Below, in pieces: positions 54,468 through 64,000 of a stretch of 64,000 nucleotides of DNA. Location: NCBI GenBank assembly GCA_951406725.2, contig OX597819.1:38254001-38318000 (forward strand), in the 5' to 3' direction. The stretch's first letter is position 1. Each line of letters starts with the position of its first letter. The position numbers and the translations under genes are program-made. The notes under the pieces are model-generated. The model saw only the letters and a list, made by a program, of their open reading frames with translations, had not been told where the DNA came from and did not search any database. This DNA is from Octopus vulgaris (lineage: Eukaryota).

Positions 54468-56071
54468 TATGTGTGTATTTACATACATGTTTTCCTCTTT
54501 TTCTTCCTTCTGGTTTGTCTTGTTTAGGGAATGGTTATCTGCAGACTCTCAATTGCTTGCTTGTTTACAAATTTTAGCTCAAACAGCTTCCTCAATAAAG
54601 TAGCATTTGTTTTTATATCATCATTTAAAGATTAACTGTGATTACTTATTTACGGTGTCTGTTCTTTTGATGATGATGAAATATTTTATAGCATTACTTT
54701 AGGTGAGGCTACAGTAATTTATACTGCATAAGATATGTGTGTTGAAGTTATAACCCAGATAATGTTAAACTTATCAATATTGTAATTTTTCAAATACCAA
54801 ATGCAGTTTGACAACATTGTGTTATTTCCTTTGTCTGCTTTTCAAAACATGTACTTATGGGTTAAATACCAGATCTTGAATTTGCCCTTCTACAATGCAA
54901 AATTTGCCTTAGAAATCTGTATATATGTCAGACAGGCATAGTCAATGCATTTGTTTTTTTTCTGGAACAAGTGAAAGTTAACTACAGGTAGAACATAGAC
55001 AGGAAGTAATTCCAGAAGTTTAAATATGAGGGATGAAAGATTGGATGAAGTAATTAGTGTAAGGATAGGTGAGAAAACAGGAGGGAAGTGAAATGAGTAA
55101 GTCAAGTGGGCCTGAGTGGAAGTGGAAATTTTGTACCACTTCCACAAATTTATTTTGCTCTGATGATTTGAGACCTCTGTGTGGTCAGAAAGTTGTGTGG
55201 AGGGATTATATGTAGGGCAAAATTTGGAGTATGTTAATGAGTGGCACCATTGTAAATTAGTCAGGTGACACTTCTCTGGTTGCAATCGAGGATATTCATG
55301 TGTGCAGCAGCAGCAGTAGTAACAGCAGTAGTAGCAGCAGCAGCACTGTCCCACATGTGGGAGTCATATTCTTGTTTGGGTTTTACTTGAATCTTAAAGT
55401 TAGCAGCTGTTGATATATGAAGTATTTTCTACCCCTAAAGAGAAAGGTCAGTCTTTGGGATGCAGTTTTGCTATGTCATGAATATGAAATCACCAGGACC
55501 ATTGATGGTTGAGAAGGGGTATATGTGGAAAATATTGCAATAATTGTTAAATATTTACCAATACTAAATTCTCTGCATTTACATTTTGAATTGAAGATCT
55601 ACTGTAGTTGGCATAAGCTTTCATCTGTGTTTGATTGATAAATAATGAATTAATTTAATCACTTGTCTCCTTTTCTCATTAATCCGGTCACCCATGCCAC
55701 TTTCTCATGAAATTGTAGCATTGTACCAGATCATTTTTATATCTGTTTTTCCATGCTAGCATGGGTGGGGTGGGAGTTTTGGGGGTAATGTTTACAGCTG
55801 GATGTCCTTCCTGACACCAATCCTTTTAATTACTTCTTATGATACACAGGCATATGGTGTATTATAAAATCTGGGATTCACACAGTATAAGAATACATAC
55901 AATATTGCTTATAATTTTACATATTCTAATTTGATCATGTTATTGTCGTATCTTTTCTGTAATATGTTTTATTATGCTCTGCTGACATTTTAATGACTTT
56001 TTCTTATGTTTGCCACTCTTCAGAAATTCTTTTGTGAAAGTAAGCCATTAATGTCAACTTTTTCATTTTAG

Positions 56072-56257
56072 GTGGAAGAAGCCAAAGCTGACTCAAATGA
56101 AAGAGATTTTGATGGTGCTACACCTTTACACTTTGCAGCCAGCTGTGGTCAAGCCAAAGTTGTTGAATGGCTTTTGCAGTCAGGCGGAGCAACAATTTCC
56201 ATGGATAAAACTGGAGCTACTCCATTACATAATGCAGCTGAAATTGGCCAGTTGCAG
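56072..56257 (+). CDS. Next coding exon of the same espin-like ankyrin-repeat gene
   Basis: Acceptor tttttcattttAG ends at 56071 and donor CAG|GTAGAT starts at 56258; 186 nt, phase 0/0. Encodes [62 protein letters not shown], continuing the previous exon in frame across a 14.4-kb intron. Resembles espin DKDGATAMHFAASRGH...GGTPLHDAAENGELE (recalled). Confidence 0.9.
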
Positions 56258-58038
56258 GTAGATTCAAATATTTATTAATCATGTTGGGGTTGTATACTTG
56301 TCTAACAAGTGACTTGATCTGAGAGTATGTGTTGAAACTGATGCAATTGCATCATGGAAGAGTCATTTTAATCATTTTATATATTAAAAAAATGTGAAAT
56401 TCACTTTTCATTTAACTTTTGATATAGTTCCTCACACCTCAAGAAATCAGAGAAAAACTAATTTAGCAGTAATTGTTTGTTTTAATGACTAAAATTACTT
56501 TTCCATGATGTAATTGTTATTTACTAATAATTTTTATAATTAAACTGAATAATTGATTATTTATTTGATGTGTATTAATTCATTAAATGCCATTTCAGTC
56601 CTGAGAATCACACATTTTTGAAATAGTTAGATCAAATTGCTTTCCAGGTTGTCTGTTATAGCATACAATATGGTACATTCATTCTCTGTGAAAGGGAGAA
56701 AGGATTATTTTGAGAAATGTGAATGTACCATATTTTATAACATTAATGATAGAAAAGGAATTACTGCTTTCATATGAATGAGTTTATGTTGTGCGAAATA
56801 TTCATTACCAAATTGATCACTAGTGGATGGTTTATTAGTAAAATGCAGTACAATGGACAGCAAGTATATCTCCCTGCTGTACAGACAGAGATGGGATGAT
56901 GCCTTAAAGGCAAAGCAAGATGAAAATTTCCACCAAAACTAATCTTGAACTTGAAGTTACTATATTATAATACTTACTGATTTAACTTCTGCATTTATGG
57001 TCATCATAATATTGATCTTTGGCTGCCATTGTTTTGATGCAAATGGATTTTCTAAAAGGCTTTGTACTAAGTATGAATACATCTCAGATAGGGAAAATGG
57101 TAGAATAAATAAGAAATGTTATCTATTGATTTATCAGTTGTCATCATTTTACTCTCTTTTGCTCTGAAATATTAAAGCCATTGATTTGGTGACACCCATT
57201 AACCATCTTAATAATACAGGCAAGGAATTGGCAGAATCATTAGCACATTGGATAAAGTGCATTGTAGTATTTGTTCTGGCTCCCTGCAGTCTGAGTTCAG
57301 ATCCCACCAAGGTCAACTTCGCTTGCCATTTATCCAAGTGTGATAAGAAGCAATGGATTGATGAAATTGTTTGAACATCAGATGGAATATCTTGTGTAAT
57401 CTGCTCCATCTGTTTCCATTCTGAGTCCAAATTCCACTTAGGTGATTCAATTCTCACCAATGGCTATGTTATCCACCCTTAACTGGATAAGAGCATGTGT
57501 CAAGGTAGATAATGACTGACTGTATTCAGACTGGCTATCTATTGCTTCAGCATATTTGTGCTATAGATACAGGGGCTTTGAAGGGGGATCAACTCGTAAC
57601 TTCTTTCTCCTGATACATCAAACTCACTAATAAGGCTTCAGGGTTTTAGATATTTCAGAAACATTCTCAACACTGAGGACACACTGCTACTGCCAATGAA
57701 AAAGAATTGCTGGTGTTAGTGGTATAAAGGTCTAAAAAATTAGTGGTTTCTAGTGTATTTGCTTAGTTTGATGTCAGTTCTGATTGAACAACCCATAATC
57801 AAACGCTTTCCTGTTGTAACAGTCCTGTTTCCTTGCATTTCTTGGACTATATTGTACAATTTTTCTGTTTTTTTTGTTTTGTTTTATAAGATGGTAGGGT
57901 GTGTTTTGAAGTAGATTTCATTACTATTTCTAGCAGGTTGAGTAATCTTATAGAAGCTCATAGGTTGTATTAACTTGTAATTGTTTCTCATATGGAAGAA
58001 AAATGAAGTTCAACTATAGTGTTTCTAAATAATTTCTA

Positions 58039-58450
58039 GGCGCAGGAGTGGTTGTGTGGTAAGTAGCTTGCTTACCAACCACATGGTTCCGGGTTTAGTC
58101 CCACTGCATGGCACCTTGGGCAAGTGTCTTCTGCTATAGCCTCGGGCCGACCAAAGCCTTGTGAGTGGATTTGGTAGACAGAAACTGAAAGAAGCCTGTT
58201 GTATATATGTATATGTATGTATATATATGTGTGTGTGTGTTTGTGTGTCTGTGTTTGTCCCCCCAACATCGCTTGACAACTGATGCTGGTATTATGTCCC
58301 CGTAACTTAGCGGTTCGGCAAAAAGAAACCGATAGAATAAGTACTAGGCTTTCAAAGAATAAGTCCTGGTGTCGATTTGCTTGACTAAAGGCGGTGCTCC
58401 AGCATGGCCGCAGTCAAATGACTGAAACAAGTAAAAGAGAGAGTAAAGAG
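58039..58450 (+). mobile_element. Full-length SINE family A copy
   Basis: GGCGCAGGAGTGG ... GAAACAAGTAAAAGAG. Confidence 0.9.
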
Positions 58451-60409
58451 TAATGATGTTGAAAAAGACATGGTTTTTGAATTATATACAAGCTAATACT
58501 ATAGTCATTTTGTTTTTGAAAATAGTTGTCATATCTTTGTAAAATCTTGAGCTTTCTTTTCAAAGCTAAGATTTCTGATTTGATAGCTTGTATTAAAACA
58601 TTTGCATTGCAGCCACATGCTTCTGGGTTCAGTTTTACTTTACAGTACCTTGTGAAAGTATTTGTTTTCTACTGTATATCTTTGGGTTGACCATTGCCTT
58701 ATAACTAGTAATGTGCAAAAGTCCATTGTGCATGTATATGTACATTGTCAGTCTCTGTCTCCATTATTCCCTTCCTTATCACTCATTATTGACTTATCAA
58801 CACCCATTTTGATCAGTCTCTCATGTTACACTCTCCTCTATCACTCATTGTTAACATCCATCACTCATTCTCTTTCTCTCTCTCACTCTCTTTTATCATC
58901 CTCTCTCTTCTATCATTCAGTCTCTCTCCGATCACTTTCCCCTCTACTGATGCTACTCTGTTTAATCTCCTTACCAACAACCATCATGTAGCTGTGTGTC
59001 ACTTTATCTCTTAGTTTATTCTTTCTACCATGCTCTCATTCTGGTTACTGTTTCATAATTCTTTTTTTTTTTATTTTCTGAGAACAAGACCACCCTCTGA
59101 CAGTAGTAAATGAATGGAAACTGTAAAGAGGGCTCTTTAGTGTTGTCAGGGTCAAGGGAACTGCTAATGTGCTGTTGATGTGCTAACAAGGGAAAACATT
59201 CCAAAAATTTAAAATATGAGCAAGATGTGGTCCCTGAACTAACCAGGAGGGCCCTATGAAAAATAAAAAAAAACTTGATCTGTGATAAATCATCTGATGC
59301 TATATTCCCATGCCAGCAAGGAAAAGCAAACATAAAAGGATATTGATAATGATAGTAATGATGATGCTACTGATGATGATGATGATGACGATGACTACGA
59401 CGACGGTGGTGATGAAAATTATGAAGTATCGTACAAAAATACCAAAATAATTAAGTTAGAAATTATCTAAAACTATTAGCATTTAATTTAAATATATTAA
59501 CATTTAATTTAAATATATTATCTCAACTGTGAAATCTGTCATTTACTAATTCTTGAAAATTATCCAAAACTTAGAGGAATTGACTAAAATACTTAACTTT
59601 TTTTTTATCATTAATTGGTATATCAAGCCAATGTTTGGGACAGATATTAAGGTTATTATATAATCTTTGATAGACTGGCACTAAAATGGTTAAGCAAATC
59701 TTTTTACTCTATCTCTCATTACATATTCCTCAACAACTGTGGATATTTGAAATGTAAATAATGTTCTGATAGTCATCACATGTAGGAACTGTTGATTATT
59801 GAGTCACTGTTTTACAATTTTTCATGAAACTCTTTTACATCATATCTTGATCTACTAGAAATAGCAACCAAATCTCCTATGTGTTTCATACTACCATCAT
59901 AAAAAAAAAAGGACACATTAAATATTGTACATTAAATATTGCGGGATTGTCATGGAAGGAATGCCTTTAATTATATGTCCTCTTAATCAAGGTTCACTTG
60001 GAGCTAAGCAACAACAGCAAGAATATCAATAACATATTTATACAGAAATTTTCTTGAAAACTTTTATATCATCATCATCATCATCATCACTTAACATCCA
60101 CTTTCCATACTAGCATGTGTTGGACGTTTTGACAGGAACTGGCAAGGTCAGGAGCCACACTAAGTTATATTGTCTGTTTTCACTTGATTTCTACAGCTGG
60201 ATGCCCTTCTTAACATCAACCACTTTACAAAGTGTTCTGGATGCTTTTTACATGGCACCAGCACCAGTGCTTTTTATGTGACACCATCGCCAATGCTTTT
60301 TTATGATACCATTGCCAGCACTTTTTACTTAACACTATCACTAACTAGTGCTTTTTATGTGAAACCAGCACCAGTATTTTTGCATGATGTCAGCACCAAT
60401 ATATTTTTT

Positions 60410-60607
60410 TACTACCCACAAGGGGCTAAACATAGAGGGGACAAACAAGGGCAGACAAAGGGATTAAGTCGATTACATCGACCCCAGTGCGAAACTGGTA
60501 CTTAATTTATCGACCTCAGCGGAATTTGAACTCAGAACGTAATGACAGACGAAATACCATTAAGCATTTCACCCGGCGTGCTAACGATTCTGCCAGCTCG
60601 ATGCCTT
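60410..60607 (-). mobile_element. tRNA-related SINE (family C) with internal deletion
   Basis: Minus strand GAGCTGGCAGAATCGTTAGCACGCCGGG..GTTCTGAGTTCAAATTCCGCTGAGGTCGATAAATTAAGTACCAG (Nin/Deu-like segment). Decayed relatives at 14790, 32550, 33270, 57220. Confidence 0.75.
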
Positions 60608-61200
60608 TCAATAGGGTCACCAAATACCTTTCAAGGCAAAAACCATCAAGTGGAAGGGGAGAGTAGTATTCAGGGGGTGTGACTTTGCGCCACTTGAAAG
60701 ATTTAAGGTATAGAAGGGACAGATGTGTCTTGCTGCGGAGTATATTCATGGATACTCCAGTTGGAAATCAAAGAAGAGTGGGTTAGAGAGTAAGAGAAAG
60801 AGAGTGATAGTGTGAGAGATGGTGATGGAGATGTGTCAGGACATCTGGAGACATTGGGGGTGTTAAGAATAAGGTGAGGTGATACAGAGGTTTGGACTGG
60901 GTGAGTGGTAAGTCTAGAGGTGATTGTGGCAAATGATGAAAGGAAATGTAGGAGAGGCATGGGGACAGTGGCTGTGGTAGATATGTGAGGGCATTGAGGG
61001 TGATAGCAGATAAGTGAAGAGTTGATGATGAAGAGCATCACAGGGAGAGGAGAGAGGATGCACAAATTAACCTCAGAAATTGCAGCCATCTTTTTCAAAT
61101 CACACTCGACTTCTTAAAAGTAGGAAGGATATATCGGACAATATAGTCTGGGATAAAATATGTTTAAAATACCAGGATGGTCATGACTAGTACTCTTGGC

Positions 61201-61237
<37 letters not shown>

Positions 61238-61614
61238 ATTCCAGTCCAAAAGACTTTTCATTATAGATTAGTGTAATGCAAGGGTCTTTAAACTTTTTAG
61301 TTCAACACCTCCTTTCACCAAATGACATTTTACAAACGCCCTTCTTCAAGTTCTGTAAAAAAAAACAGTGGTTTATTATCCACATTTTCTTCTATTATTC
61401 CATCCATCATGTGTCTCCTTTTACATATGTGTGAACTGGTGCTTCCTATGTTAAATTTTTAAGTAAATTATGAAAGAAGAGTGAGGACTTGCATAATGAA
61501 ATTATACTGGATCTTGGCACTTCATCAGTTATGTTCCCGCTCACTGATAACACTACGTCTTGCCCATATTCTAACCAAAACAAAATTTCTGTTTTGAAAA
61601 TGTGTTTAAAATAT

Positions 61615-62009
61615 ACTCTCTTTTACTTGTTTTGGTCATTTGACTGTGGCCATGCTGGAACACCGCCTTTAGTCAAGCAAATCGACCCCAGGACTTATTC
61701 TTTGTAAGCCTAGTACTTATTCTATCGGTCTCTTTTGCTGAACCACTAAGTTACAGGGACGTAAACACACCAGCATCGGTTGTCAAGCGATGTTGTGGGA
61801 GGTGGGTGGACAAACACATACACACACATACATATATACATACATACAAAGGGGTTCTTTCAATTTCCGTCTACCAAATCCACTCACAAGGCTTTAGTTG
61901 GCCCGAGGCTATAGTAGAAGACACTTGCCTAAGGTGCCATGCAGTGGGACTGAACCCGGAACCATGTGGTTCGTAAGCAAGCTACTTACCACACAGCCAC
62001 TGCTATGCC
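61615..62009 (-). mobile_element. SINE family A copy
   Basis: Matches 1992-2403; a second, older copy follows at 62045-62430. Confidence 0.88.
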
Positions 62010-62566
62010 TATATAAGTATGTTTAAAAAAAATTTTTTTTAATACTTGTTTCAGTTATTAGACTGCAGTCATGCTGGGACACCACCCTGAAAAAGTTTAG
62101 TCAAATGAATCACCTCTTTTGTGCTTTTTTTTTTTTTAAATCTGGTACTTATTCAATCAATCTCTTTTACCAAACTGCAAAGTTACAGGGACATTAACAC
62201 AACAACATTGGTTGTCAGGTGGTGAAAGTGGATACACACGCACACACAAATGTATGTATGAATATATGTATGTATATGATGGGCTTCTTTCAGTTTCTAT
62301 CTACCAAATCCACTCACAAGACTTTGGTTGGCCTAAGGCTATAGTAGAAGACACTTGCCCAAGGTGCCATGCAGTGGGACTGAACCCGGAACCATGTGGT
62401 TGGGAAGCAAACTTAGTACCACATATCAATGCCTGTTTAAATATTTCCTTACTTAGAAAGATGTGATCCTTCTAAATACACTGCGCCTCCATCATTGTAG
62501 TATTCCCTTGATAATTTACCATTGGTTTTTACATATAACTCATTCCCATCTCTCTATCTCTCTCTT

Positions 62567-62935
62567 CATCATCATCATCATTGTTTAACATCCGCTTTCC
62601 ATGCTGGCATGGATTGGACGATTTGACTGAGGACTGGCGGACTAGATGGCTGCACCAGGCTCCAATCTTGATCTGGCAGAGTTTCTACAGCTGGATGCCC
62701 TTCCTAATGCCAACCTCTCCGAGAGTGTAGTAGGTGCTTTTACATACCACTGGCACAAGAGCCAGTCAGGTAGTACTGGCAATGCCCATGCTCAAAATGG
62801 TGTTTTTTACGTGCCACCTGCACAGGAGCCAGTCTAGCGGCACTGGCAACGACCTTGATCGAATGTTTTTTCACGTGCCAGTAAGGCAACGCTAGTAACG
62901 ATCACGCTCAAATGGTGCTTATTACGTGCCGACAC
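62567..62935 (-). mobile_element. RTE 3' UTR/tail copy
   Basis: (CAT)n..TTTAACATCCGCTTTCCATGCTGGCATGG..CTACAGCTGGATGCCCTTCCTAA with internal diverged repeat units. Confidence 0.8.
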
Positions 62936-63404
62936 CAGACAAAACTATTCAATTAACCAATAGATATTCCTTCATAAATATTTAGTCTGTGTTCTTTCAT
63001 GATGATAACTTTTAAAATTCAAAATTCTAGCCAAACCATACAAAAATATGCTTTACTTTACAATCAATATTCTACCAATCCCTCATCTCCAATTTTATGC
63101 ACTTTCCTATCCATTTTTATTTAGATTAATCTGTAAAGCGGTTTTTAGAATTCAATAAATTGCATCAATCAGTTAACTTTTATATTTTCACTGGGGCTCT
63201 ATTACCAAACAGATATCATTGTCTTCCTTCTCCTCATCTTCTTTGTCCTCCTCCTCATCGATGTCATCAATGTCATCATCATCTTATCACAGTTTTGCCA
63301 AGTTGGTAGCATGGTGTACATAGGCTATATATCACATTCTACTAGCATTTTGATACACAATAAAGATAAAACTGCCATTTTCTGCTGTTGAGTTTGACAT
63401 TTTT

Positions 63405-63609
63405 TGGTGGTGGTGGTGGTGGTTGTGGCAGCGGTGGCAGCAGTGGTGCTGGCGGCAGTGGTGCTGGCAGCAGCGGTGGTGTGGCTTTTGTCCCTTAATG
63501 TCCTTATCCTGAACCATTTTACATTCAAGGGAAATGTTGTGTTCTTGGTCACTTGTACACCAAGGAAATCAAGTAACCTGCCTGATATGTCCTTGGGCCC
63601 AAGAGAGAG

Positions 63610-63659
<50 letters not shown>

Positions 63660-63672
63660 GCTGCTGCTGCTA
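63405..63672. repeat. (GGT/GGC/GCA)n and (TAC)n trinucleotide microsatellites
   Basis: Directly visible; they produce low-complexity ORFs only. Confidence 0.9.
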
Positions 63673-64000
63673 CTCAGTTTTTATTCAGGGTCCATAGGCA
63701 AAATATGATTGAGAATCACTAGTTTATCATTTTGTGTTAATTCATTTCAGCACAAAAGTAGCAGTCAAATTATTCACAATTTGTGAATAACTTAAATATT
63801 TTGTACCCTGAAGTCAATTTTTTTTTTTATGATTACATTATTTATTTTGAGATGATTACATTATTTATTTATTGAGATGCAGCACGGAATTTTGTCAGTG
63901 AACAGGTCGCGGTCTCAAAGCAATGAAAATATTTTGACAAATTAAATTTAAATGTCGAAGTGAATTTAACGGTTTTTGTGTGTTTCTTAAATGGCTTATA

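Overview
AT-rich, repeat-dense eukaryotic (animal) DNA. The SINE and RTE families look like those of Octopus/coleoid cephalopods; this is recognition from memory, not a database hit. The window appears to be almost all intron of one + strand gene. Two clean coding exons (41478-41664, 56072-56257) splice in frame into ankyrin repeats resembling the N-terminus of espin/espin-like (forked). The rest is layered transposon debris: many tRNA-derived SINEs, RTE, CR1/L2 and R4/Dong-like LINE fragments, decayed mariner and Tc1 elements, piggyBac-type MITEs, a 2.1-kb Helitron, two inverted copies of a TTAGGG-carrying MITE with 8-bp TSDs, a U2 snRNA pseudogene and a ~2.15-kb (TA/TG)n array that generates the long artefactual ORFs. 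Most notable: three copies of a minimal hammerhead-ribozyme-like motif with a non-canonical core (CUGUNGA), a genomic Arg codon one A-to-I edit from the conserved ankyrin Gly, several independent fold-back palindromes, and a U2/SINE junction that was locally re-copied. No intact novel protein-coding system is evident.
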